Shown here piece after piece: positions 18,766 to 28,763 of a stretch of 64,000 nt of DNA. How positions within the stretch are numbered: position 1 is the first letter of the stretch; each line of letters opens with the position of its first letter. Made by a program: the position numbers and the translations under genes. The notes under the pieces are model-generated. The model searched no databases. It saw nothing but the letters and a program-made list of their open reading frames with translations, and had not been told where the DNA came from. Origin of the DNA: an uncultured Christensenella sp. (GTDB taxonomy: Bacteria > Bacillota > Clostridia > Christensenellales > UBA1242); assembly GCA_949296965.1 (NCBI GenBank), contig CASFQL010000021.1, positions 15,247 to 79,246 on the forward strand, in the 5' to 3' direction.

Positions 18766-21186
18766 ATGAAAAGTGTAACTAAAAAAATAACCATTATATT
18801 TATTAGTTTAATACTAATGTTTTTTCTAACAATTTTAATCTATTATTTTGTAAATTGTCACAATTCTAATTTGTCAGTTGCTGACCAAACTCTTTATAGA
18901 ATTAATCAAATTAGAAAAACACCAAATACTAAAACTGAAAATGTTGATGGTAATATTTATTATATGTCAAATAGTGGAAACGATAGTGCTGACGGCAAAA
19001 CTCCACAAACTGCGTGGAAAACGCTATCTAAACTTCAATTAGAGTTTTCTAATTCAATAGAAAGTGGAGATTGTATTCTATTTAATAGAGGAGATGTTTT
19101 TAGGGGAAATATTACGGTTAGTAAAGATAATATTTTGATAGGCTCATATGGAGATGAGAAAAAATCAAAGCCAACAATTAATGTTTCAGCATACAATTCT
19201 GCCATTGAAGGAAGTTGGCTTGAAGTAGAACCTAATATTTGGAAATATGATAAACAAATAAGTTCTGATGTTGGAGCAATTTGGTTTTTTAAAAATGATT
19301 TTTCACTTTCAAATAAGCACGATTGGAGCGACTATTCATACGAGATAGGACAAAAAATTTCGTTTGATGAGAGTTTTGACGAAACTAACTTAGACTTGTC
19401 TTCAATTCTTACTAACGACTTAGAGTTTTATCACACAGGAAAAGCAAGTAGCGGAATAAATACGGGCGAATATGTTTTTGTCTATTCTAAAATAAATCCA
19501 CAGTTAAGGTTTGATAAAATAGAGTTTTCAACAGGAGTAAACGGTATTTATGGTAGAACAAATCTAGTAGTTGATAATATCAAAATCGTTTTTGCTGGAA
19601 ATCACGGAATAGGCACAGGTAGTGTAGCGAATTTAACCGTTACAAATTGCGAATTTGGCTATATTGGCGGTTCTAGGCAAAATCAAAATAATGTAAGATT
19701 TGGCAATGCAATAGAAATTTATGGCCAAGTTACTGAAACTAACGGCTATAAGATAGAAAACGGTTTTGTTGTAAAAAATAATTATATTTATGAAGTTTAT
19801 GATGCAGGAATAACCTTTCAATATACAGCAAATTCATTTAAAACAGTGGTTGAAAATGTAGAATTTTCAAATAATGTTGTTGAAAAGTGTAATTATAGCA
19901 TTGAATATTGGAATGTTCCCAAGTCGTCAACACAAGATAAAGAAGATTCATATATTAAATTTTTCAAAATAAATGATAATATTTTTAGATATTCTGGAGT
20001 TGGGGTTTGCACAACTCGCCCTGATAAAGGAGAGTCTGCTCATATTAAAACTTGGGTGCATGACGAAAACTATGAAAACAAAATCACAGGATTTTTTGAA
20101 ATAAAAAATAATTTATTTTATTCGTCTTCGGAACAAATGCTCGCAATATATGCGTGCAATGAGAACTCTCTTCCTAAGTTTAATAATAATAAATTTTTTA
20201 ATGACGAAAAAATTTCACTTGGCTATATTTACTATAAAGGAGTGCCAAAAAAAGTCATTCCCTATGTAAAATCTAAAATAACGAAAGTTTTACCTAATAA
20301 TGAAGTTGTTTACACCACAAACTTAGTCGAAAAAGTTATGAGCGGAAGTAGTAAAGATGTAATGTGGAATTTTGATATGAAAACGGGACTTCTTACTATA
20401 AGCGGTAGTGGCGAAATGCAAGATTATTCACTTAATAATTTACCTAATTGGACTAAATATTCTAACTTTGTAAACGAAATTAAAATAGAAAAAGATATTA
20501 CCAAATTAGGAGCATATGCTTTTTACAATTTAACATATGTTGAGAAAATTCAAATTGATAGTGCAAATCTTCAAAATTTAAGTAATGATAAAGTAAATTT
20601 TAATGATGGTAATAATTTTACATTTTATAAAACAGGTAGAAATTGGTATGGAATTGAGGTGATATTCGGAGAAAAAGTTACAAGAGTCCCAAATTTTTTG
20701 TTCTGGCCATCTTCTTCAAATAGCGAAAGCCCATATGTAACTAACATTCAATATAAAGGAAACAATATAAAAGAAATAGGTAATCATGCTTTTTCTGGGA
20801 TAAATTGTTCAAGCATAACAATTCCCGAAGGAGTAGAAATCTTAGGAGTATTAGCAGTTAGTAATTCTTCAACTTTAAAATCAATTACTTTACCAAACTC
20901 TCTACTAACTTTATCTAGTTGGGCTTTGGCGGGCAATTACTACCTTGAACAAGGAACAATAGGGTCTAACATTGACAGGTTAGAAAATAATTTATTTTTT
21001 AGTGATGTAAATTTAAAACAAGTAATAATAAAAGGAGATATAAGTCCAACATCTAACATCTCAAACATCTTTCCTAACGAAGCCACGAATATTACACTTT
21101 ACGGGAATGATACAGTAAAATCATTTGTAGAAAGATATAACCAATCAGGTCAACTTCCCCAACTAACTTACTCTCCATTAAATTAG
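18766..21186 (+). CDS. Membrane-anchored surface protein with beta-helix region and C-terminal BspA-type leucine-rich repeats (LRR_5)
   Basis: 806 aa with an N-terminal TM (ITIIFISLILMFFLTILIYYF). The central part has parallel beta-helix-like repeats (NLTVTNCEFGYIGG.., VENVEFSNNVVEKCNYSIEY). The C-terminus has IKEIGNHAFSG..SITIPEGVEILG..AVSNSSTLKSITLPNSL repeats. Confidence 0.75.
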   Translation: MKSVTKKITIIFISLILMFFLTILIYYFVNCHNSNLSVADQTLYRINQIRKTPNTKTENVDGNIYYMSNSGNDSADGKTPQTAWKTLSKLQLEFSNSIESGDCILFNRGDVFRGNITVSKDNILIGSYGDEKKSKPTINVSAYNSAIEGSWLEVEPNIWKYDKQISSDVGAIWFFKNDFSLSNKHDWSDYSYEIGQKISFDESFDETNLDLSSILTNDLEFYHTGKASSGINTGEYVFVYSKINPQLRFDKIEFSTGVNGIYGRTNLVVDNIKIVFAGNHGIGTGSVANLTVTNCEFGYIGGSRQNQNNVRFGNAIEIYGQVTETNGYKIENGFVVKNNYIYEVYDAGITFQYTANSFKTVVENVEFSNNVVEKCNYSIEYWNVPKSSTQDKEDSYIKFFKINDNIFRYSGVGVCTTRPDKGESAHIKTWVHDENYENKITGFFEIKNNLFYSSSEQMLAIYACNENSLPKFNNNKFFNDEKISLGYIYYKGVPKKVIPYVKSKITKVLPNNEVVYTTNLVEKVMSGSSKDVMWNFDMKTGLLTISGSGEMQDYSLNNLPNWTKYSNFVNEIKIEKDITKLGAYAFYNLTYVEKIQIDSANLQNLSNDKVNFNDGNNFTFYKTGRNWYGIEVIFGEKVTRVPNFLFWPSSSNSESPYVTNIQYKGNNIKEIGNHAFSGINCSSITIPEGVEILGVLAVSNSSTLKSITLPNSLLTLSSWALAGNYYLEQGTIGSNIDRLENNLFFSDVNLKQVIIKGDISPTSNISNIFPNEATNITLYGNDTVKSFVERYNQSGQLPQLTYSPLN

Positions 21187-21589
21187 TATTAGTAAATGTA
21201 AATCTAACCAAAACCAGAACAATTCATATTACTACAATTAATTTACAAAAAACATTTCTAATTTATAAAAACAAATTTTAGAAAAATAAAAACTAAAAAA
21301 ACTAAGATACAAATTTATAAAAACAAAAAAATTATCTTCACAATTTTTACTCACAAATCTTTTAAATAATATTTCTATAAAATTTATTCCCCTTTTGCTT
21401 GTATTTTATAAAATTTTGTTTTTGATTTTATAATATACTATGGTTGTATATTTATTAATTAAATTTAAATAATATTGTTACTTAACCATTCCTATGAAAT
21501 AACCAATAAATAAAATTTAGCACTGAAATTTTATTAAAAAATTAATAATATAAAAAAGTTGATACTTTTATAATTTCATCAACTTATAG

Positions 21590-22192
21590 TTATCTTATAT
21601 ATGAGGCATTAGTCCCAAAAATTTGTTTTAGTTCATCTACAAAATAATTAATTTCAATTAAATCGCGTAAATTTAATGTTAATTTATAATTTACTGAATT
21701 TCCAGGATTCATCGCAACTAATTTTTTTAATTTACCATTTACATCCAGGTATTGACTTTTTTTCTTATGATCATAGTAACTCTTGCCTGAAATAATCTTA
21801 TAATAAATTTTATCAGTTGTTAACCCTATTAAAATAATATAATTATGGTTATAAATTGGGTTTATTCCATTAAATTGAAAAGTGTTGTTTTTCATCCCTT
21901 TACGAGCAGTTTTTATTTCAATCTTTTTGCCATTAGATATAATATCATACTCATCATGAATTATCTCTTTATTCTCATCTTTTATGGGAATATTGTTTTC
22001 ATGGAAAACTCTTTTTACAAAAGATTCGCCTATTTGCCCAATTGCATTTCCTTCAAAAATCATACTATTACCATCTCCCCTAGGATTATGCAGATGTTTA
22101 CCTTTATACACTATGTAAAATTTACTAGCATAGTCTATTTCAAATGTCTCAACATCATTTAATACTCCATCAATGTCCACGCCAATTCTCAT
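21590..22192 (-). CDS. Hypothetical protein; HAD/5'-nucleotidase-like N-terminal 25 aa fused to a PD-(D/E)XK-nuclease-like core
   Basis: 200 aa with a strong GGAGG RBS. It starts MRIGVDIDGVLND, a HAD motif I-like DxDG. The segment GQIGESFVKRVF...HDEYDIISNGKKIEIKTARKG fits a GE...D...(E/I)xK restriction-endonuclease-fold pattern. Confidence 0.45.
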   Translation of the reverse strand: MRIGVDIDGVLNDVETFEIDYASKFYIVYKGKHLHNPRGDGNSMIFEGNAIGQIGESFVKRVFHENNIPIKDENKEIIHDEYDIISNGKKIEIKTARKGMKNNTFQFNGINPIYNHNYIILIGLTTDKIYYKIISGKSYYDHKKKSQYLDVNGKLKKLVAMNPGNSVNYKLTLNLRDLIEINYFVDELKQIFGTNASYIR

Positions 22193-22353
22193 TTTTCCTC
22201 CACTTAAAAAAGTCTATTATATAATAAATAACAGAATAAATATTAATTTTAAAAAAATTTTGCATTGCTTTCACTTGTTCATTTTAAAAAAATTCATAAA
22301 TAATATCACAAATTTAGGTTAAACCGAAATAAATTCACAATAATTTGTTTGCT

Positions 22354-23016
22354 CTAGTAAATAAGGTTACCATAAGACTTAATACAAGTGTTTATCCACC
22401 TTTCAAAAATATTTAATAAAACATAATTACGACTAAAATTCTCTACTTTATTAGTAATTGCACTATTTATCTCAATTTGCAAAGCCCAAACATTATCAAA
22501 CTCTCTTGTAATAGAACTACAAATTGTGTTAGCGTTTGCCATAAACGGCTTGTCTATAGATACTTTAAAGCCCTTTTCTGCGAGTAAATTAAGTAAATCA
22601 TCAAATAATTTAATGTTTTGTTTAATGTTATATCCTAAATGTATCCCAAGATTAACATCACAATCCCTATTTTGTGCTAACCCGTGAAAATCCAATAAGA
22701 ATTTTATTTTTTCGTTTTTTATCAAATTTTTAATATTATCCTTGTATAAACTATTTGTATCAAAATTTACATCATCATTATTATTTTTAGTTTTAACAAT
22801 CAAAAAACTATTAGTGCGTTGTTGTAAATATAAAGCAGTTGGTAAAGAACCAATTTCTGGCGCTTTATATTTTCCTAACCTAATCTGAAAGACTGCGTGC
22901 GGTACAGATAATAAAATATTATTCTCTCCCTTTAATATCACGTGGTCTTTTTTGTTATACTCTTGTAGAAAAATTTTTCTATTCTGTTTAAATTTATTAA
23001 AAGTCAATCTCTGCAT
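22354..23016 (-). CDS. N-formylglutamate amidohydrolase (FGase)-like hydrolase
   Basis: 220 aa. LLSVPHAV, LLDFHGL and ALQIEIN resemble the conserved PHaG / iDlHs / lqiEi blocks of PF05013. No obvious RBS. Confidence 0.5.
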   Translation of the reverse strand: MQRLTFNKFKQNRKIFLQEYNKKDHVILKGENNILLSVPHAVFQIRLGKYKAPEIGSLPTALYLQQRTNSFLIVKTKNNNDDVNFDTNSLYKDNIKNLIKNEKIKFLLDFHGLAQNRDCDVNLGIHLGYNIKQNIKLFDDLLNLLAEKGFKVSIDKPFMANANTICSSITREFDNVWALQIEINSAITNKVENFSRNYVLLNIFERWINTCIKSYGNLIY

Positions 23017-23356
23017 AAATTTATTATATCATAACTTTAAATTTTAACCTACTACTTTACTCTCCATATCTTTTAGATTTTTGTGTTAATAAATTGCTCA
23101 ACAAAAAATTACTATAATCTTTATATTTATTAAAATCTTTTTATTTTTAATCTTTTTTAAAATAATTTATCATTAAACAAAAAACTGTAAAAATATAAAA
23201 TATATTAAAATATGTTGCAAATTGATAAAAATAAAGAAAATAAATAAAGTAATACTAATAATTACCTACAAAATTTAAACTATAAATATTAAGTAACAAC
23301 ATAATCTCACAATATAAAAAACCACCCATACTCTCTAGTACGGATGGACAAGTTCA

Positions 23357-23444
23357 TGGCGGAGAGGACAGGATTCGAACCTGCGGTTGGTTGCCCAACA
23401 CGCGCTTTCCAAGCGCGCACTTTAGACCACTCGGACACCTCTCC
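23357..23444 (-). tRNA. tRNA-Ser (anticodon GGA), class II long variable arm, CCA encoded
   Basis: The reverse complement is GGAGAGGTGTCCGAGTGGTCTAAAGTGCGCGCTTGGAAAGCGCGTGTTGGGCAACCAACCGCAGGTTCGAATCCTGTCCTCTCCGCCA. The anticodon loop is TTGGAAA. Confidence 0.93.
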
Positions 23445-24123
23445 ATAGGTATATTATTTTACTATATACTTTTGTTTTTTGCAATAATATTTTTGCAATT
23501 TGCTTTTTATTATTTTTTTTATTTCTTTTTAAAAAACATTTAATAATTATTTTATTTCTTAAAAAATTAAAAAATATTTTTTAGTTATTTTGTTAATTAA
23601 TAATTCTACTAAATAATTAAAAAATATAATATGATTTATATTCAAATGTAGTAATAATTTTAAAAGCACTTTATATTAACATATAAACAAACAAAAATTA
23701 ACTAAAAACTCTAATTAAAATAATTAATAAGTTTATTTTTTTGTTTTAATAAAATGACTTGAAAAGCAAATAACAACTATTTAATATTAATAAAATCATT
23801 ATCAAAGGCTTATTACCATTATGCAACATCACATCAGTAAATGAAATAACATCATAATTTTAAATAATTTTTATTTATTTTTCTATTAGGAACTAAAATA
23901 TCTTTAATAATTTTTTTTAGTAAAAATTTAATTATTAAATAAAAAAGGAATATATAATAAAATTATTTAAAGCAAACAAACAAATTTTAGCAGTATAACT
24001 AACAAATCTTTTAATTAATATTAGAAAAAAATTAAAACAATAAATAAAATTTTTTATTTAATACCTTTTATTTTTTAATATATTACATTATGATAATATG
24101 ATAAAATTGTAAAAATAAAAACA

Positions 24124-24299
24124 AACTAGGTTAAATATTTTTTTAAATACAGACTAGGTTAAATATTTTTTAAAATAAAATAAGTTAAATATTTTTTTAA
24201 ATAAATTAGACTAAATATATTTTTTAAACTAGACTAAGTATATTAAACAGACTAGGCTAGAAAATTTTTAATAAAATTGACTAGATAATTTATTTTTTT
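24124..24299. repeat. Degenerate array (about 7 units, 25-30 bp period) of (A)GACTAGGTTAAATATTTTT-like motifs
   Basis: The units are aaactaggttaaatattttt, agactaggttaaatatttttt, aagttaaatattttttt, agactaaatatatttttt, agactaagtatatt, agactaggctagaaaattttt and tgactagataatttattttt. The array runs into the 3' end of the XRE gene. Confidence 0.6.
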
Positions 24300-24868
24300 C
24301 TAAGCATTGATAATATTACAGACAAAATAGTAAGAATTTGCAAAGGTAGTCCAATAATATAAACTAGCCAAATATTATAACTTTGAAAAACTAAACTAAT
24401 TGCTAAAATAGTAGTCCATACAAGAAAAGATGCAAAAATTCCACACAATAAAATTTGTTTCCAACATACAGAAAATATTAATAATATTAAAAAAGTTATT
24501 GGAATTGGAATGATAAAGCAGAGCCAAGTATTTTCTATTCCCTTAATATAAAATAAAATAACAAATATTATTGTTGCTATTAACCAAACAAAGACGCAAG
24601 ACAAGAGCGAAAGTGTTACTCTTAATTTAACGCGTTCGCTTTTAGGTTTAGTTTCCCTATTTTCATATAAAATATCTTCTATCCTAACACCATAAAAACT
24701 TGCGACTTTCATCAAAACTTCAACACTTGGGACACAAGTACCTTTCTCCCATTTTGAAATTGCCTTGTCAGAATAATTTAATTGATTAGCAAGTTGTAGT
24801 TGGGTTAAATTATTTTGTTTTCTAAGTCTTATTAAATTATTTGCTATAACCAAATTAAGTTCGTTCAT
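24290..24868 (-). CDS. XRE-family HTH transcriptional regulator with C-terminal 4-TM membrane domain
   Basis: 192 aa. LRKQNNLTQLQLANQLNYSDKAISKWEKG is a canonical Cro/C1-type HTH. The C-terminal half is hydrophobic with four predicted helices. Confidence 0.85.
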   Translation of the reverse strand: MNELNLVIANNLIRLRKQNNLTQLQLANQLNYSDKAISKWEKGTCVPSVEVLMKVASFYGVRIEDILYENRETKPKSERVKLRVTLSLLSCVFVWLIATIIFVILFYIKGIENTWLCFIIPIPITFLILLIFSVCWKQILLCGIFASFLVWTTILAISLVFQSYNIWLVYIIGLPLQILTILSVILSMLRKK

Positions 24869-24924
24869 ACGAATATTTTACAATATTTTTTAGGTTATAT
24901 CAACTAAAATAAGTCATAAAAATC

Positions 24925-24990
24925 AAACTCTACTTTTAAGAGAGTTACTATATTTTCATTCTACAAGCAAACTCTATTATGGAGAGAGTT
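24925..24990. promoter_or_regulatory. Two direct copies of a 22-nt imperfect palindrome, candidate operator between the XRE regulator and the DegV gene
   Basis: AAACTCTActtttaaGAGAGTT (24925-24946) and AAACTCTAttatggaGAGAGTT (24969-24990) start 44 bp apart in the divergent intergenic region. Confidence 0.4.
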
Positions 24991-25057
24991 AAAACAAAGT
25001 AGTAGAATAAAAGTTTTATAAAAATAAACTAAAATATTCACAAAAGTGAGGTGCGAT

Positions 25058-25918
25058 ATGAAAATAGCATTATCTTGTGAAACGACAGTTGATGTAACTA
25101 ATAAAATTTTAGAAGAAAATGAAATTCACACAATTCCATTTACAATATTGCTGGGGGATAAAACTCTGCAAGATGGGCCTAGTGTTGCAAGCGAAATTTT
25201 TAGTTATGTAGAAAAAACAAAAGAACTTCCTAAAACTTCGGCAGTCAACCAAGAGCAATTTAAGGAATATTTTGAAAACTTACTAAAAGATTACGATGCA
25301 ATTATACATATTTCATTATCTTCAAGTATGAGTAGTGCCTGTGATAACGCAAGAAAAGTTGCAGATTTGATTGGCAGGGATAAGATTAAAATAATTGATA
25401 GCAAATCTTTATCAACGGGCATTGCCCTTCTTGTATTGTATGCTAGAAAACTTATAGATGAAAAACTATCCCTTGATGAGATTGAGCAAAAGATAATGAA
25501 TAGAATTCCATTTGTTCAAGCAAGTTTTGTAATAAATAGGCTCGAATATTTATATAAAGGCGGAAGATGTAGTTCTTTGCAATATTTTAGTGCTAGTCTT
25601 TTGAAAATTAAACCTGAGATAATTGTAGAAAATGGAAATATGAAATCTGCAAAAAAATTTTTTGGCAGTTCATCGGGGGCAATAAGAAGTTATTTTTATG
25701 ATATTCTAAAAAAATTTAATAAACCTGACCTAGAAAATGTTTTTATTACTTATTCAACCGCTAGCGAAAAAGATATAGAATTTTTAAAACAAGAACTTAC
25801 TAAATTAAATTTTAAAAATATTTACATTACGGTCGCTGGTGGAACTATTTCCAGCCATTGCGGGCCAGACTGTTTGGGAGTTTTATATATTAATGATGGA
25901 GAGAAAACTTTAAGTTAA
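25058..25918 (+). CDS. DegV-family fatty-acid-binding protein
   Basis: The sequence begins MKIALSCETTVDV..IHTIPFTILLGDKTLQDG, followed by the KTSAVNQEQF and LSTGIALLV blocks typical of DegV. The ATG at 25058 follows GTGAGGTG (the ORF-track GTG start at 25046 is less likely). Confidence 0.85.
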   Translation: MKIALSCETTVDVTNKILEENEIHTIPFTILLGDKTLQDGPSVASEIFSYVEKTKELPKTSAVNQEQFKEYFENLLKDYDAIIHISLSSSMSSACDNARKVADLIGRDKIKIIDSKSLSTGIALLVLYARKLIDEKLSLDEIEQKIMNRIPFVQASFVINRLEYLYKGGRCSSLQYFSASLLKIKPEIIVENGNMKSAKKFFGSSSGAIRSYFYDILKKFNKPDLENVFITYSTASEKDIEFLKQELTKLNFKNIYITVAGGTISSHCGPDCLGVLYINDGEKTLS

Positions 25919-25964
25919 ATTTTAAAGAGTATACCTAAAATATTTAATATCTTATACAATATTT

Positions 25965-26155
25965 GTCTTTAATGATATTTATCTTATTTTATCTGTGTTT
26001 AACATTTATCTTTTTTGTCTTTATGTAATAATGTTTATCTTTTTTATCTTTATATAATATTTATCTTGTATATTTGTATAATGTTTATCTATTATATTTC
26101 TGTATAATATTTATCTATTTAAGTTTATATAATATTTATTTATACAATTTCAAAT
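25965..26155. repeat. Degenerate array (about 7 units) of TATAAT(A/G)TTTATCT-like motifs
   Basis: The units are gatatttatctt, aacatttatctttt, taatgtttatctttt, taatatttatcttg, taatgtttatctatt, taatatttatctatt and taatatttatttat, spaced 20-35 bp apart in the convergent DegV / yfcE-like spacer. Confidence 0.55.
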
Positions 26156-26364
26156 ATTTAGTAAAAATTATTTTATTATTCTTCTATAATAATAAAAAAT
26201 TTCATAAAATTTAAAAATCACGATTAAGCATTTATAAAAGTAAAATTGCTCACAAATAATCAAAAAGCAATTAAAAAAATTAGCAATATAATTTAATTAT
26301 GTTACTATAAAAAATTAACTATTTTGATAATTCAAAAATCAACTAGCCTTATAAAACATAAAAG

Positions 26365-26817
26365 TTATAAATTGAAAAAGTCTATGCCTATTCCCTTCCC
26401 GTCAAGGTAAATTATGGCATATTCATTATTTTTTAAAGCCCCCGGATTTAACAATGTTACACCATCTTTCATTTGTAAAGACTTTTGATGAGTATGCCCA
26501 TAGCAAACAAGACTTATACCGTGTTGTTTAGCATATTCAAATAGATTAGAAGTGCCTAATTTTACTTTAAACTGATGTCCGTGTGTTATCATAATTTTTA
26601 CATTATTTAAAGAAAAAATTTGAGTTAATGCTTGGTCTGCAAACAAATCACAATTCCCGCTGACAATCTTAGTTTTTATGTTCTCTAAATCGTCTAAAAC
26701 TTCTAAATCTCTTATTCCATCACCTAAAAAAAATAAGTAATCAAAACTATTTTGATTTATTACTTTTTGAACTTTTCCCTTATTTCCGTGGCTGTCGCTT
26801 ATTACACAAATTTTCAT
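26365..26817 (-). CDS. YfcE/MJ0936-family metallophosphoesterase
   Basis: 150 aa with MKICVISDSHGN, LGDG, GNCD, THGH and GHTH metallophosphatase motifs. The RBS is AGGTGA. Confidence 0.88.
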   Translation of the reverse strand: MKICVISDSHGNKGKVQKVINQNSFDYLFFLGDGIRDLEVLDDLENIKTKIVSGNCDLFADQALTQIFSLNNVKIMITHGHQFKVKLGTSNLFEYAKQHGISLVCYGHTHQKSLQMKDGVTLLNPGALKNNEYAIIYLDGKGIGIDFFNL

Positions 26818-27010
26818 AAATTCACCTATCTAACTTTTATTTTATAAAAATCTACGCATAATGTAAAGTTAATTATTTTAGCATTTTTTTATTTACAAAA
26901 TGTCGTCTGCATTACATATAATGATTTGTAATTTTAAAAAAAACTAAAAAAATTACAATTTTCTTTTGCAAACATTCTTTGGTTGTGATAGAAAAATATT
27001 GTGGTGTAAA

Positions 27011-27814
27011 ATGAAAAAAGGTATTAGTTTGTATTTTGGGTTTTATTTGCCGATTGAGAAAAGAGTTGAACTTATAAAAAGTGCTGGATTTGACTGCGTA
27101 ATTTCTAATGCTGATAAAAAATTTAATGATAATAGCAAAAGAAAATTTTTACTTCAATGTAAGTTAATTAAGAAAAATAAGTTGCGGTTTTCAAGCCTAC
27201 ATATGTCTTATTCAATAAAAGAATTGCCTTGTTTTTGGAAAAACACAAAACTAGGACATAAATTAGAAAAAAATTTAATTAGAGATGTAAAAATTGCTAA
27301 AAAATTTGGGTTTAGTTGCGTTGTCGTTCATCTTATGGGGCAACCAAATCAAATTGGACTAGATAGATTAAAAAGAATCTTAAAGGTTTGTAAAAAAGTT
27401 AAAATTCCACTTGCAATAGAAAATATTGATGAAAACGATTGTTTGTTTTATGTATTTAAAAATATTAATGATAAATATTTAAAGTTTTGCTTTGATATCG
27501 GACATCAAAATATTTATGATAAAGATATTGATTTTTTAGAACTTTTTAAAGACAAATTGATAGCACTTCATCTACACGACAATATGGGAGTTAATGACGA
27601 CCATACCCTAAATAGATACGGAAGTATTAATTGGAGAAATTTTGCTAGAAAAATCGCTAAAATTAACCCAAATATATGTTTAGACTATGAAATATTGATG
27701 AAATTTAAAAAAGACGAAACAGCAAGTCAAGTTGTTAATCTTACTTTTAATCAAGCCTTAGAACTTGAAAATATGATTAATGAGGAAGTTCTAAAACTAA
27801 AACAAAATTATTAA
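27011..27814 (+). CDS. Sugar phosphate isomerase/epimerase (xylose isomerase-like TIM barrel, AP endonuclease 2 family)
   Basis: The motifs VVVHL, LAIENI, FCFDIGH and LHLHDNMGVNDDH fit the family. The ATG at 27011 is preferred over the TTG at 26966. Confidence 0.75.
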   Translation: MKKGISLYFGFYLPIEKRVELIKSAGFDCVISNADKKFNDNSKRKFLLQCKLIKKNKLRFSSLHMSYSIKELPCFWKNTKLGHKLEKNLIRDVKIAKKFGFSCVVVHLMGQPNQIGLDRLKRILKVCKKVKIPLAIENIDENDCLFYVFKNINDKYLKFCFDIGHQNIYDKDIDFLELFKDKLIALHLHDNMGVNDDHTLNRYGSINWRNFARKIAKINPNICLDYEILMKFKKDETASQVVNLTFNQALELENMINEEVLKLKQNY

Positions 27815-27878
27815 TTGATGTTTTTATTTGGAAAAATTTTGATTATATTATAAAATTATTTTGAGAAAGGATAAAAAT

Positions 27879-28421
27879 ATGAATTTAATTGTTTGTGTTG
27901 ATAGAGAAAATAATATTTTAAAAGAAAGCATAATATTAAAATATTTAGGGGCAACAAAGTTAGTTAATGATTTGATTTATAACAAAACCATAGTCTATTC
28001 TTTACCTTCTCAAAAATTAAAAGATAGTTTTAAACATTGTAAAATTTTTTCGTTAAAGATTAACGAAAATGATAATAATTTAATTCCAAGTTATTTAAAA
28101 GATGACTTATATTTGTATGACCAAATAACTAGTTTTGAAGCATTATTTAATTTGAATGAAGTTACAATGCAGGATAATTTATTTGTCCTAACTGAAAAAT
28201 ATGCTAATAATTTAATAGACTTTGTTGATAAAGTTTTTATAATAAAATTTAACATTTTAAAAGATGGCGAATTTGTTTTAGAACATTTAGAAAACAGCAC
28301 TTCTTGGAAACTAGATTATGCTAATGACCCTTATTTTGAAAAAAATAAAGACTATTGTTTATTAGTTTTTAAAAATCAAAATATAAAACAATTTTTTGAA
28401 AAAAAAGAACTTCCATTTTAG
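27879..28421 (+). CDS. Hypothetical protein
   Basis: 180 aa from the ATG at 27879, after GAGAAAGGA. The MNLIVCVDRENNI start is only faintly DHFR/RibD-C-like. No confident family assignment. Confidence 0.5.
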   Translation: MNLIVCVDRENNILKESIILKYLGATKLVNDLIYNKTIVYSLPSQKLKDSFKHCKIFSLKINENDNNLIPSYLKDDLYLYDQITSFEALFNLNEVTMQDNLFVLTEKYANNLIDFVDKVFIIKFNILKDGEFVLEHLENSTSWKLDYANDPYFEKNKDYCLLVFKNQNIKQFFEKKELPF

Positions 28422-28577
28422 TTTTTTTGTGAAATTTTAAATAAAGTTAAGTTTTTAAAGAAGTTTTAACTTTAAAGATTATTTTAAAAATTATAAAGAT
28501 AATTTATTTATAAATTTTTAAGTTTTGATTTAAAAAAAATATTTTTTATTTTATTTATCTTAAAATAACAATAGAGA

Positions 28578-28666
28578 AAAATTATGTGCCAAAAGCAAAG
28601 CTTTTGCATAAAGTTTTCTAAAACTTTATGGTAAAATTTTTTAAAAAATTTTACGCACATAATTTT
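28578..28666 (+). repeat. Four-way-junction repeat, copy F (forward)
   Basis: AAAATTATGTGC | CAAAAGC-aaa-GCTTTTG | CATAAAGTTTT-ct-AAAACTTTATG | GTAAAATTTTTT-AAAAAATTTTAC | GCACATAATTTT. Confidence 0.88.
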
Positions 28667-28763
28667 TTTATTTTTACTACTTTTTCACATAATTCAAATT
28701 TTTTAGAATTTCTTTTTCAATAAATTTTTAAAAAGTTAAAATATTTTTTAATTTAATAAGAAA

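Noticed and set aside
21845-22162. 105-aa plus-strand ORF, plus the many 60-90-aa ORFs nested in or antisense to the ATPases, valS, pyk, gyrA/gyrB and recF
   Set aside because: They are embedded antisense or out of frame within strongly supported genes. They are low-complexity and hydrophobic with no RBS, which is typical shadow-ORF behaviour.
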